A DNA stretch of 64,000 nt, from the NCBI GenBank assembly GCA_014238855.1, contig JABAAH010000007.1, positions 3,000 to 66,999 of the forward strand, given 5' to 3'. The position numbers and the translations under genes are program-made. The notes beneath the pieces were generated by a model that worked only from the letters and a program-made list of their open reading frames with translations, had not been told where the DNA came from and did no database searches. Shown in pieces: positions 39,678-49,436 of the stretch (its first letter is position 1; the number at the start of each line of letters is the position of its first letter). Origin of the DNA: Planctomycetota bacterium. GTDB taxonomy: Bacteria > Planctomycetota > Planctomycetia > Pirellulales > UBA1268.

Positions 39678-40988
39678 ATGGCCGAATCCCTCTCACGCCC
39701 ACCAAAAGCAGCTCATCATTTTCGTCGCGTCGCCATTCTCTTCGCGGGCGGTCCAGCTCCAGGAGCAAATGCTGTTATTTCAACAGCAGCCACATCATTC
39801 ATGCGAAACGACACCGAAGTAGTTGGGATGAAGCATGGCTATTCATCTCTAGCTGACTTCTCGCCTGAACAGCCACTCGTTGAAGGTAAAGATTATATCA
39901 CGGTAACTCCAGAGTTTTTAAAGCGAACTCGATCCAGCCAAGGAATTATGCTGGGTACCGCCAGAACAAATCCTGGTAAGCATATTTCTGCTCCTGAACA
40001 TTTCGATGATGAGCAACGCGTTCAGCCACTCAAAAATGTTTATGAAGGCCTCTGTTCTCTTGGTGTTGAAGCACTCATATCAATTGGTGGTGATGATACG
40101 TTAAAGACAGCGAACAAATTCAAACTGTACCAAGACAGTCTCCCAACTGATGATCCCCGAATTCCTGTCGTCCATCTTCCAAAGACAATCGACAACGATT
40201 ACATGGGCATCGATTTCACGTTTGGCTATTTTACCGCCGTTGACTTTCTTGGAGGTGAAATTCGAAACCTACTCTATGATGCTGACGCTGGAAGATCCTA
40301 TTTCATCTGTGAATCAATGGGCCGTAGTGCTGGCTGGTTAGCGTACGGAGCGGCTATTTCTGGAGAAGCCAGTCTTGTCATCAGTGTTGAAGACATACAC
40401 GGAAAGTATCGTACAGATGAAACCAGCACTGATACTGACGGCAATACTACCACCAAGCCCGTCATGAATGTTGATGAGGTCGTCGGCAGAATTGTCAAAA
40501 CAATGCGAGTAAGAGAAGAAAAAGAGGGGAAAGAGTACGGCGTCATCGTTCTTGCAGAAGGACTCGCCGAATTTCTTCCAAGTAAACAACTTGAAGGCGT
40601 ACCACGAGATGATCATGGCCATATCTCAATAACTCAAATTCAACTTGGCAAAATGTTTGCCAAACTTGTTGGTGATGAATATGCAAAACAAACCGGCCGA
40701 GATCGTAAAGTTGTCGGGCTACAGATTGGTTACGAAGCCCGCTGCGCAAAACCACATGCATTTGATGTCATGCTCGGTAGCCAACTGGGGGTTGGCGGGT
40801 ATCGTGCACTTGCTGAACGTGGACTCAACGGGGTGATGGTGAGCGTCTCTGGCCAACTTGACCTCAACTATGTCCCTTTTGAAGAACTCGTAGACCCGAA
40901 GACACTTGTCACAGTCGTCCGTTATGTAAGACCCGGGTGCGACTTTCACAGCCTCGCTCGATTTCTCGAGACATTCGTGAACGAATAG
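39678..40988 (+). CDS. pfp: 6-phosphofructokinase, pyrophosphate-dependent signature
   Basis: RVAILFAGGPAPGANAVI. GGDDT carries Asp at the E. coli Gly104 position, and LPKTIDNDY carries Lys at the Gly124 position. This is the published PPi-versus-ATP discriminator. Confidence 0.8.
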   Translation: MAESLSRPPKAAHHFRRVAILFAGGPAPGANAVISTAATSFMRNDTEVVGMKHGYSSLADFSPEQPLVEGKDYITVTPEFLKRTRSSQGIMLGTARTNPGKHISAPEHFDDEQRVQPLKNVYEGLCSLGVEALISIGGDDTLKTANKFKLYQDSLPTDDPRIPVVHLPKTIDNDYMGIDFTFGYFTAVDFLGGEIRNLLYDADAGRSYFICESMGRSAGWLAYGAAISGEASLVISVEDIHGKYRTDETSTDTDGNTTTKPVMNVDEVVGRIVKTMRVREEKEGKEYGVIVLAEGLAEFLPSKQLEGVPRDDHGHISITQIQLGKMFAKLVGDEYAKQTGRDRKVVGLQIGYEARCAKPHAFDVMLGSQLGVGGYRALAERGLNGVMVSVSGQLDLNYVPFEELVDPKTLVTVVRYVRPGCDFHSLARFLETFVNE

Positions 40989-41055
40989 ATGTACTTTCAC
41001 AACTTGAAACCAAAGCACTCAAAAGCCATACACCACCGGGCCAGATACAGATGAG

Positions 41056-41092
41056 GAAGGGCGTTGTGAAAGCAGCTTTCACAACGCCCTTC
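41056..41092. terminator. perfect 17-bp hairpin between convergent pfp and hisB (candidate bidirectional terminator)
   Basis: GAAGGGCGTTGTGAAAG-CAG-CTTTCACAACGCCCTTC, followed on the plus strand by TCTTATTC. It ends 2 nt before the hisB stop codon (41095-41097). Confidence 0.55.
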
Positions 41093-41094
41093 TC

Positions 41095-41691
41095 TTATTC
41101 ATCTGTCAAAACACCCTTTGTACTTGGCACACCAGTCTGACGAGGGTCTGATTCCACAGCCATTCTCAAGCTTCTCGCTGTCGCTTTAAAAACTGCCTCA
41201 GCAATATGATGTGCATTACTGCCATGATGAAGCACCGCATGAACATTGGCTCCAGCTGTTGCAGCAAAGCTTTCCCAGAAGACTTCGACTAGCTGCACAT
41301 CGAATGAACCAATCGCTGGAACTGGATACTCGACGGCCAACACTGTTGCTGCTCGCCCACCGAGGTCGACTGCAGCCGTTACGAGCGATTCATCCATTGG
41401 GAGTATTGCGTGACCGTAGCGGCGTATTCCACGCCGATCACCAAGGCAATCCTTGACTGCTACTCCGAGCGCCCGGCCAACATCTTCAACGGTGTGATGA
41501 CCGTCAACATGGACGTCACCTTCACATGTAATGGACAGATCAAAGAGTGAATGACCTGCCAGCAGGGTGAGCATATGATCAAAAAAGCCGATTCCTGTAC
41601 TGATTACGGCCCGACCAGTACCATCAAGATTGATGGTAAGGTCAATTTTCGTTTCGGTTGTCTCTCTCGCAACGGTGGCAGTTCGTCCCAC
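41095..41691 (-). CDS. hisB: imidazoleglycerol-phosphate dehydratase
   Basis: RETTETKI...GIGFFDHML...DGHHTVEDVG...HHIAEAVFKA. Confidence 0.95.
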   Translation of the reverse strand: MGRTATVARETTETKIDLTINLDGTGRAVISTGIGFFDHMLTLLAGHSLFDLSITCEGDVHVDGHHTVEDVGRALGVAVKDCLGDRRGIRRYGHAILPMDESLVTAAVDLGGRAATVLAVEYPVPAIGSFDVQLVEVFWESFAATAGANVHAVLHHGSNAHHIAEAVFKATARSLRMAVESDPRQTGVPSTKGVLTDE

Positions 41692-41706
41692 GTCAATTAC
41701 TCCTTC

Positions 41707-42807
41707 TTACTTTCTTTCTTCCAGAATGCCAGCTAAGGCGCTGAGCAGCACATCAATCTCTGCATCGGTGCCAACTGTGACCCTCAGGCCATCGCCCCAA
41801 TCACGATAGGCCATATAGCGAATAAGAATGTGATTTTCCTTCAGTGACTCATAAATCTCTTTGTGTGAGCGTTCCGGGTGTGTGCACCACACAAAGTTTG
41901 CCTGACTATCAATCACTGAAAAACCGAATCGACGAAGCTCGTTGCTCAATCGTGTTCGTGTCGCACGAATGAGACTCTGGTTCTTCCTTAACCAATCCTG
42001 ATCGGCAATTGCAGCCGTTGCTGCAGCTGTCGCAATCGCATCACAGTTATACGAGTCTTTCACCTTTCCAAGTTGTTCGATTACACCTGGCTGGGCAACG
42101 GCAAAGCCAAAACGTATTCCAGCTAATGCGTATGACTTGCTCATCGACCGTGTCACAATAATTCTGTCGCTCTGCCGGACAAGATCAAGACAATTTGTAT
42201 CACTAAAATCACCGTAGGCTTCATCGACTACCAACGGACACGAAAGTTGTTCTGCGAGATCTAGAAGCTGCTCTGGTGGCAGCAGCGTACCCGAAGGGCT
42301 GTTCGGGTTTGGGACAATCGCAAGTTTGACTGGCTGGCCATTTTCCGTGCACGGACTTACAAAAGCTGGTGGCAACAACCAATCCTCAGTAAAGGCGACT
42401 TTGTCACATGAGACACCCTGAATATCTGCAAGCGTTTCATAGAGGATGTAGCTTGGCGTGGGCACTCTCATTGCATTTCCTGCCCCGACAAAGCACCGAA
42501 CCAGAATAGTGAGGAGATCATCGCTCCCGTTCCCACAGAGAATCATTTGAGGATCAATACCGAGTACTTCCGCTGCCTGTGACCTGAATTGATTCGCAAA
42601 AGGGTCTGGGTATTTCGCAAGCGATCGACCCTCACAGGCAGCCGTAATAGCATTCACTACAGATGCAGAAGGATTGTAAGAATTTTCATTTGTGTTGAGT
42701 TTTGTCCAGCCAGCATCCTGAGGCTGCTCGCCAGGAACGTAACCGGCGATTGCCGCAATTTCTTGCCGCACAAGAGATGCCAATTTCGGGGATGATGATA
42801 CTGTCAT
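41707..42807 (-). CDS. hisC: histidinol-phosphate aminotransferase
   Basis: Class-II aminotransferase with LNTNEN, the PLP-Lys segment RSMSKSYALAGIRFG, and a position between hisD and hisB. Confidence 0.9.
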   Translation of the reverse strand: MTVSSSPKLASLVRQEIAAIAGYVPGEQPQDAGWTKLNTNENSYNPSASVVNAITAACEGRSLAKYPDPFANQFRSQAAEVLGIDPQMILCGNGSDDLLTILVRCFVGAGNAMRVPTPSYILYETLADIQGVSCDKVAFTEDWLLPPAFVSPCTENGQPVKLAIVPNPNSPSGTLLPPEQLLDLAEQLSCPLVVDEAYGDFSDTNCLDLVRQSDRIIVTRSMSKSYALAGIRFGFAVAQPGVIEQLGKVKDSYNCDAIATAAATAAIADQDWLRKNQSLIRATRTRLSNELRRFGFSVIDSQANFVWCTHPERSHKEIYESLKENHILIRYMAYRDWGDGLRVTVGTDAEIDVLLSALAGILEERK

Positions 42808-42925
42808 ATGACCTACACAACAAAATGATCGACGCTTACCTGCTCACTCCAAGTGTAGCTTAGAAATAAGCCCTAACGTTCCATATCACCGGCTCAATCG
42901 CTGCGATAGGAACACCTGCTCCAAT

Positions 42926-44305
42926 TCATCGCTCACTTCGAGCCTCAACACTTCGGCGATGGGCAGTCAAGCCTTCTATCTCAGCGAGAAGCTGGATATC
43001 ATCAGCCATTTCAGCCAGATCAGCCTCTGTGAGTGCAATGACACTGCCACTCCGGAGAAAATGATTGACGGATAGACCAGCAGCAAACCGTGCAGTACCT
43101 CCTGTCGGAAGGACATGGGAAGGCCCTGCCGCATAGTCACCGGCAGCAACTGGACTGTAAGGACCAAGAAAAGCCGCTCCGGCGTGTCGTATCTTCGTCA
43201 GTGTCTTTTCCGGATCTCGTGTATCAATCGAAAGATGTTCAGCAGCCAGTTCATCAGCCAGCGTAGCCGATTCATCATCATTTCTTGTAATGACTAGAGC
43301 CCCAAAGCGATCAAGACTGTCACGCGTCAAATCAGCCCGCTCAAGAATCTCTAATCTTCTTGAGAGAACCAACTCGACTGAATCTGCAAGGCTCTCACTT
43401 GCCGTTAACAAAAGTGCAGATCCTGGCGAGTGTTCCGCTTGGGCGAGCATGTCTGACGCAATTGTTTCAGGGTTTGCACTATCATCCGCAACAACGACTA
43501 TTTCGCTCGGCCCAGCAATAGAATCGATCGCAACATCGCCGTACACATATTTTTTTGCCAGTGCAACGAACAGATTGCCTGGCCCAACGACTATGTCAAC
43601 GCGCTGCAGACCTTCAACTCCATACGCCATTGCTGCAACGGCTTGGGCACCGCCCACTTGGTATACGGTTTTCACACCCAACTCATGACATGTAGCAAGT
43701 ACATGATCATTTTCCGCTCCAAACTTGGTCGGTGGAGCAACAACAACTATCTCAGGCACACCAGCAACCTGAGCAGGCACAACAGTCATCAACAGTGTTG
43801 ATGGGTATGCTGCGGCACCACCAGGGACGCACACACCAACACGATCAAGTGGAAGGTATCGCTGCCGCAAACTCCCGCCACCATTGAGTGAAACACAGGC
43901 ATCAGACGGCAGGATTTCTTTCTGGAAATGCTCGACTCTCTTGCGCACTCTCCTGATGGCTGCAAGAAATTCTGGTGCAACACGGCGATGTGATTCTTCA
44001 AGCTTCTCACAAGGCACCTGAAAAGTATCGGCTGTGACATCTGAACAATCAATTCGTTTGGTATAATCAAGAACAGCAGGCAGTCCTTGACGTTTCACAT
44101 CATCACAGATTCTTTCTACAACCTGCTTTGGTGAAAGAGGTTCTCCGAAGACATCTATCGTTTTCTGTCGCCCAGCTGGTGAGACAAGATCACCTTGAGA
44201 AATCAGAGTCTGACGGAGAGACTCAAGTTCTTCTCGGCCAGTCGATGTATAAAGGTTGATGCGACGAATACACTCTGAGCCAGTCGATCTATTCTTAATT
44301 GACAC
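42926..44305 (-). CDS. hisD: histidinol dehydrogenase
   Basis: GGAAAYPSTLLM, AQAEHSP and GDYAAGPSHVLPTGGTARF segments. Confidence 0.95.
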   Translation of the reverse strand: MSIKNRSTGSECIRRINLYTSTGREELESLRQTLISQGDLVSPAGRQKTIDVFGEPLSPKQVVERICDDVKRQGLPAVLDYTKRIDCSDVTADTFQVPCEKLEESHRRVAPEFLAAIRRVRKRVEHFQKEILPSDACVSLNGGGSLRQRYLPLDRVGVCVPGGAAAYPSTLLMTVVPAQVAGVPEIVVVAPPTKFGAENDHVLATCHELGVKTVYQVGGAQAVAAMAYGVEGLQRVDIVVGPGNLFVALAKKYVYGDVAIDSIAGPSEIVVVADDSANPETIASDMLAQAEHSPGSALLLTASESLADSVELVLSRRLEILERADLTRDSLDRFGALVITRNDDESATLADELAAEHLSIDTRDPEKTLTKIRHAGAAFLGPYSPVAAGDYAAGPSHVLPTGGTARFAAGLSVNHFLRSGSVIALTEADLAEMADDIQLLAEIEGLTAHRRSVEARSER

Positions 44306-44543
44306 GTATTATTTGCTCCATTGACCCAAAAACATCTTCACTATGGTTTGCGGGACACACCTATTTCTCTACCACGAGGATACCCTTTGTTCACGGTACG
44401 GCGACCCAAAAGCTATTCTCACGCAGAAACACCAATCCCTGAATTTGGACGAAAATTGTCGAATTCGTTATTTTTGAGACGAACGCGGGGCGTTTTCCCG
44501 AAAAACTTTGTACGTCTTCCCAAATGACCTGGAAGCAAGCGTG

Positions 44544-45257
44544 ATGCAAAAAGCCATAGAAATTGGCAAAAAACTCGGCCTCTCCGCGGAGGTGGCGATA
44601 ATATTAGCCGAATTACGCACTCCGGATCTGATTCAAGACTTTGTCAATTCGATCCCTTGGAATACAGAGCCTGACGGCGACACTGCCCGGTCTGTGTCAG
44701 AGATACTGAGGCTCCGTCAGGCCCATTGTGCTGAAGGTGCTTTTGTAGCAGCTTGTGCACTTTGGATGGCAGGACACCCGCCTCTCCTCATGGACATGGG
44801 TGCTTCCGAGGCTGACGTGGACCATGTCGTTGCACTTTTTCGGCGAGACAACTATTGGGGTGCCATTTCAAAGAGCAACAGCCCTTTTTTGCGATACCGA
44901 GATCCAATTTATCGAACGCTACGAGAACTCTCACTTTCATTTTTTCCACAATACGTACTGAAACGAGAAAAAACACTACGAACGTATTCAGTGTCGATTG
45001 ATCTTCAAAAAATTGACCCTGCACTCTGGGTAACGCATCAAGGATATTGCTTAGAGATGATCGAAATCCTCACATCGGCGAGACACTTCGATCTTCTGCC
45101 TCATAATTTTAAAGACAATCAACTCCGACCGATCGATCCGATCGAAGCACGTTCAAACACCCTGACCGAGCATGTCGAACCAAAAAAAATCATTCGATTA
45201 GATGATCATCAACCACCGGCATCTCCGCTTGACCAAGCAGCTTCCGCAGAGCCGTGA
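44544..45257 (+). CDS. hypothetical protein with a transglutaminase/papain-like Cys-His-Asp arrangement
   Basis: RQAHCAEGAFVAACALWMAG...DVDHVVALFRRDNYWGAISKSN fits the nucleophile-Cys / His / polar triad spacing of transglutaminase-like folds. Start taken at ATG 44544. The last 68 nt overlap the convergent gene. Confidence 0.55.
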   Translation: MQKAIEIGKKLGLSAEVAIILAELRTPDLIQDFVNSIPWNTEPDGDTARSVSEILRLRQAHCAEGAFVAACALWMAGHPPLLMDMGASEADVDHVVALFRRDNYWGAISKSNSPFLRYRDPIYRTLRELSLSFFPQYVLKREKTLRTYSVSIDLQKIDPALWVTHQGYCLEMIEILTSARHFDLLPHNFKDNQLRPIDPIEARSNTLTEHVEPKKIIRLDDHQPPASPLDQAASAEP

Positions 45258-46035
45258 TTGCTATTTCGCCAAACTGCCGAGGAGGTACCTGCCAAAGCTG
45301 CGGGTTATACAGCTCAACTGAAATCGGACCGGTATACTTCATGCTTTCAAGATGTATTATCAACTGCTGTGGTGGCGAGCTTCCTTCCGCCGGCAAAATC
45401 CTATCAGCATCACGTGCCATTTCTCTCGGGACATCAGCAATATCAGACAGTTGCACAAGAGCAAGCGTTTCTGGTGTAAGAAGGTGCAAGTCAATAAGTT
45501 TGCTTGGTCCTACAGAAAAATGAAACCAGTCGAGGCAAATACCAAGAGATGGCAGCCCAACGTCATCAATAAGCGCGACTGCTGATTGCAAATTATTTGG
45601 AAAAGTAGCTCGAGCATCAAATTCTAAAGCAAGCCTGACACCTGCATCAGCTGCGCGCTTTGCAGCTTCAACAAGGCTTGTTGAGAGTCCCCCTAAATCT
45701 TCAGGAGAGAGAGACCCATGAACATCTCCCGCAAGGATCAGTGTGGGTATTGAAACGGCTGAACAAAGAGCAAGGCGACTCTCAAAGTGCGACCAGTGCT
45801 CCCGACGTGCATCTCCTTGACTTGTTAACAAGCCGCCTTGAAAGGTTGCGGCTACGGGCTCACAACAGTGCTTGGAAAGAAGTTCCGCGAGTACTTCAGG
45901 TGGCCTCCCGTCGAGATATTGTTCAGCGTGCCCCAACCACAACTCAACTGAACGGCACTGCCCTGCTGCATAACCCTCAAGAATTGACTCGAGTGATGCA
46001 TGAAGTGAACAGACCGTAGAAATTGCCGGCTTCAT
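45190..46035 (-). CDS. sugar phosphate isomerase/epimerase, xylose-isomerase-like TIM barrel
   Basis: VELWLGH..., LALEFDA, ICLDWFHF and ISVELYNP segments. Start ATG 46035 overlaps the glyQS stop (ATGA). Confidence 0.75.
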   Translation of the reverse strand: MKPAISTVCSLHASLESILEGYAAGQCRSVELWLGHAEQYLDGRPPEVLAELLSKHCCEPVAATFQGGLLTSQGDARREHWSHFESRLALCSAVSIPTLILAGDVHGSLSPEDLGGLSTSLVEAAKRAADAGVRLALEFDARATFPNNLQSAVALIDDVGLPSLGICLDWFHFSVGPSKLIDLHLLTPETLALVQLSDIADVPREMARDADRILPAEGSSPPQQLIIHLESMKYTGPISVELYNPQLWQVPPRQFGEIAITALRKLLGQAEMPVVDDHLIE

Positions 46036-47678
46036 TCGAGCCGTTCCGTTAAAATTCCTGTGCAATCATCGATCGGGATACGCTCCTGTATAAGAGAGTC
46101 TCGATCTCGAAGCGTTACCGTTTGATCTTTCATTGTTTGACCATCGATCGTAATGCACCATGGCGTACCAGCCTCATCCTGTCGAGCATAACGACGGCCC
46201 ACAGACCCTTTCGCATCATACATGCACGGCATTCGCTTCTTGATACGCCTATATAAATCAGCAGCTACTTCTGGCATGCCATCCTTTTTCACAAGAGGCA
46301 GTATCGCTGCTTTCAGCGGAGCAAGTCTCGGGTGCAATTTCAGAACAGTACGCTCCCGAGGATTTCCTTTCTCATCAGGAACGCTGTCTTCGTGGTAGGC
46401 ATCGCAAAGAAAAGCTAGGACTGCTCGATCTGCACCGGCTGAGGGTTCAATAACATGCGGCACAAAACGTTCTCGGCTTATATCATCGAAATATGAGAGA
46501 TCACGACCGCTCCCCCGATACTTTGGCTTCCCGTCCGCATCGGTTTCCAGCACCAGTTCGCCGTTTTCACGGACGAGCTTCCCCTCCATATGGCTGCGTA
46601 GATCAAAGTCGCCCCGATGAGCGATACCCTCAAGCTCTCCAAATTCACCATCGGCAAGAAATGGAAATGCGTACTCGATATCAGCTGTGCCACGCGAATA
46701 GTGCGCGAGCTCTGCCTCGTGATGCTCGCGAAGTTGAAGCCGGCCTTCTGTAAGCCCAAGATTCAGATACCACTGCCAGCGACGGTCTCGCCAGAATTGA
46801 TACCATGCCCGTGAGTCATCAGGACGGCAAAAGAACTCTATCTCCATTTGCTCGAATTCTCGCGAACGAAAAGTAAAATTTCTTGGTGTAATTTCATTAC
46901 GGAAACTTTTCCCAATCTGGCCAATCCCAAAGGGCACGCGAACACGAGACGTATCAAGAACATTCTTGAAATTTAGAAATATCCCTTGAGCAGTCTCCGG
47001 TCGTAAAAAAGCGCGGTCATCCTTTTCACCAGCGAGTGCTCCAATGCGGGTTTCAAACATGAGATTGAATTCTCGTGGCTCCGTGAGAGTTCCCTTTTCG
47101 CTCGCATCTGGAGCAACTGCCTCACAAAGAGGTATCGGATCATCAGGCGAAGTGCCCGCCAAGGCTATTAAACTCCCTGACCACTCAATCTCTCCGATCT
47201 GCTTCGCCCGCAATTTAAAAAACTTCTGAGCCCTACCCACAAGATCGGGCTCTGCATCATCGCCAGATACATCAGTCGTAATAAAGGCTTTCGAGTTTCG
47301 ATAGGTAGCCCACCTTCCTTGAAGATGGTCGTAACGAAACCGACGTTTCGATTCACGGCAGTCAACCATCCAGTCATGAAAAAGATCAAAGTGACCCGAG
47401 CATTTCCAGACCTGAGGGTGCATGATGATTGTGCAGTCGAGCCCTGTCATTTCATATGCCGAGGGCGCACCGTTGAGCGCCATTAACTCATCATGGCCAG
47501 CAACCATATCTTGCCACCAGCACTCCTTGAGATTACGTTTCAGCGATACTCCAAGCGGACCATAATCCCAGAAGCCGTTTAATCCACCGTAGATTTCACT
47601 CGACTGAAAAATGAAGCCACGTCGCTTCGCTAGTGAAACAATTCGATCCATCCGTGACTGATCAACAGGCTTTGACAT
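46032..47678 (-). CDS. glyQS: glycine--tRNA ligase (single-chain class II)
   Basis: RRGFIFQSSEIYGGLNGFWDYGPLG, FRNEITPRNFTFRSREFEQMEIEFF and GADR motifs. Confidence 0.95.
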   Translation of the reverse strand: MSKPVDQSRMDRIVSLAKRRGFIFQSSEIYGGLNGFWDYGPLGVSLKRNLKECWWQDMVAGHDELMALNGAPSAYEMTGLDCTIIMHPQVWKCSGHFDLFHDWMVDCRESKRRFRYDHLQGRWATYRNSKAFITTDVSGDDAEPDLVGRAQKFFKLRAKQIGEIEWSGSLIALAGTSPDDPIPLCEAVAPDASEKGTLTEPREFNLMFETRIGALAGEKDDRAFLRPETAQGIFLNFKNVLDTSRVRVPFGIGQIGKSFRNEITPRNFTFRSREFEQMEIEFFCRPDDSRAWYQFWRDRRWQWYLNLGLTEGRLQLREHHEAELAHYSRGTADIEYAFPFLADGEFGELEGIAHRGDFDLRSHMEGKLVRENGELVLETDADGKPKYRGSGRDLSYFDDISRERFVPHVIEPSAGADRAVLAFLCDAYHEDSVPDEKGNPRERTVLKLHPRLAPLKAAILPLVKKDGMPEVAADLYRRIKKRMPCMYDAKGSVGRRYARQDEAGTPWCITIDGQTMKDQTVTLRDRDSLIQERIPIDDCTGILTERLE

Positions 47679-47787
47679 TGGTGTATTGTAATTTTTCAGA
47701 AGGAATTAAATAGGATTACTTGAAGTGGATTAGTGTAGTGATCAAACGGAAGTTAGGTCTACCGAGAAAAAAAGAGCCGAACGCCAC

Positions 47788-48606
47788 TTATGAATCGATG
47801 CACTTCAGGTCATCAAACGCCATGAGCGTGCCCGCATGAGGGCACTGTTGCGGCACGAGCCGACATCGATCAACCGTTGCGGCTAAAATGAGATCTGAAT
47901 CCATCCCCAGCTGGATGAGATTTTTCCCACCGAGTGACTGCCGAAGCCTCGCGGTAAGCTGTCCCCGAAGATCATTCGACTCATTCACAACTCGAAGAAA
48001 ATCAGAAGACGCCTTTTGGCTTTGAGGATCGAATAGAGAGCGGCTCTTGGCTGCTACAATGCCAGCATCGACAATCGCTCCCGCACCAAGAATATCCTCG
48101 TCTGTTTCTTCACCATTCGTCCCAGCGCATACGATATGTATCGCATCGATGCCACGTTTTGCCGCCAAGAGAAGAGCAGTTCTTGCCACGGACGTTCGAT
48201 TGAGAAAACTGCCAACAAGAATCTCACGAGCCGCCTTACATCGTTCGATTGCAAGGGTTCCGTTTGTTGTTGTCATGACAACACCACGACCTGCAACAAC
48301 TGAATGAGTATATTCAGCCGGTGAGTTCCCGAGATCAAAGCCTGCAATTTGAAGACCACCACGCTCCCCACCGAGAAGGCACGAGGAAAAATCACCATGC
48401 TTCAAGCGACGTGCTTCATCGACGTCCGCAACCGGCTTCACAAAAGCCGCTCCCTCTTCAAGAGCGGTCACAATTGTTGTCGAAGCCCTCAGAACATCGA
48501 CAATAATCGCAATGCCTCCCGCTACCAACTCTCGGGGCATATCATCTGAAAGGTAGTGGGTGTACCACCGAACAGTTCGATCCAGGTACTCTTTTTTTGT
48601 ACTCAT
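47788..48606 (-). CDS. comB: 2-phosphosulfolactate phosphatase (ComB) family protein
   Basis: IIVDVLRASTTIVTAL...LLGGERGGLQIAGFDLGNSPAEY is the ComB-family core. Confidence 0.8.
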   Translation of the reverse strand: MSTKKEYLDRTVRWYTHYLSDDMPRELVAGGIAIIVDVLRASTTIVTALEEGAAFVKPVADVDEARRLKHGDFSSCLLGGERGGLQIAGFDLGNSPAEYTHSVVAGRGVVMTTTNGTLAIERCKAAREILVGSFLNRTSVARTALLLAAKRGIDAIHIVCAGTNGEETDEDILGAGAIVDAGIVAAKSRSLFDPQSQKASSDFLRVVNESNDLRGQLTARLRQSLGGKNLIQLGMDSDLILAATVDRCRLVPQQCPHAGTLMAFDDLKCIDS

Positions 48607-48735
48607 GCCGTTCTTAAAGATAGAATGAGAAATTAGATCTCAAAAGAGTAAATCTACCAGAAGCCACGCGAAGGAGATGCTATTACCAGCCAAACAGTAC
48701 AAAGTGTTGATAAGAGCGGTGGCAAAGTACAAGAA

Positions 48736-49419
48736 ATGTTTGCCGAGATTGCTCCACGGTACGACTTTGTCAATCGGATGCTCTCAGGAGGCATTGATAT
48801 CTGGTGGAGAAGGATAACTGTGAAGCGAGCGCCTCCACCAACAACGGGTGCCATTTTAGACGTGTGCACTGGGACCGGTGATCTAGCGCTGGCGTATGCA
48901 GTGAAAGCTGGACCGAGCGTCCGCGTTGTCGGCAGTGATTTCTGCAAACCGATGCTGGATCGGGGAATTGAAAAATCTGCGACGCGGAATGTACCTGTCG
49001 AGTGGCTCGAAGCTGATGCCATGGAACTCCCATTCCCAGACAACTCCTTTGATCTGGTGACTGTTGCCTTTGGATTACGTAATATCGCTGAGACAGACAC
49101 TGGGCTTAGCGAAATGTGCCGCGTCTGCAAGCCAGGAGGGCGACTTGCCATTCTCGAATTCTCGCTGCCAGAAAACGTGATCATTCGCAAAAGTTATCTG
49201 TGGTATTTCAGGAATGTACTGCCAAGAATTGGAAATGCGATTGCCCAAAATCATGCTGATGCGTATAGCTATCTAAATCAGAGCGTAGAAGAGTTTCCGT
49301 CAGGTGATTCTCTTGTTCGACTGATCAAGCAGACTGGCTTCGACCATGTTGATCAATTCCCTTTGACTTTTGGTGTGGCCACTCTTTCGATTGCAACAAA
49401 ACCAAACGTTCCTGAATAG
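48736..49419 (+). CDS. ubiE: demethylmenaquinone methyltransferase (UbiE/MenG)
   Basis: MFAEIAPRYDFVNRMLSGG, the SAM motif LDVCTGTGDLAL, and FDLVTVAFGLRNI...GGRLAILEFS. The true start may lie upstream (see finding at 48652-48738). Confidence 0.9.
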   Translation: MFAEIAPRYDFVNRMLSGGIDIWWRRITVKRAPPPTTGAILDVCTGTGDLALAYAVKAGPSVRVVGSDFCKPMLDRGIEKSATRNVPVEWLEADAMELPFPDNSFDLVTVAFGLRNIAETDTGLSEMCRVCKPGGRLAILEFSLPENVIIRKSYLWYFRNVLPRIGNAIAQNHADAYSYLNQSVEEFPSGDSLVRLIKQTGFDHVDQFPLTFGVATLSIATKPNVPE

Positions 49420-49436
49420 AAAGAGACTGAAACAGC

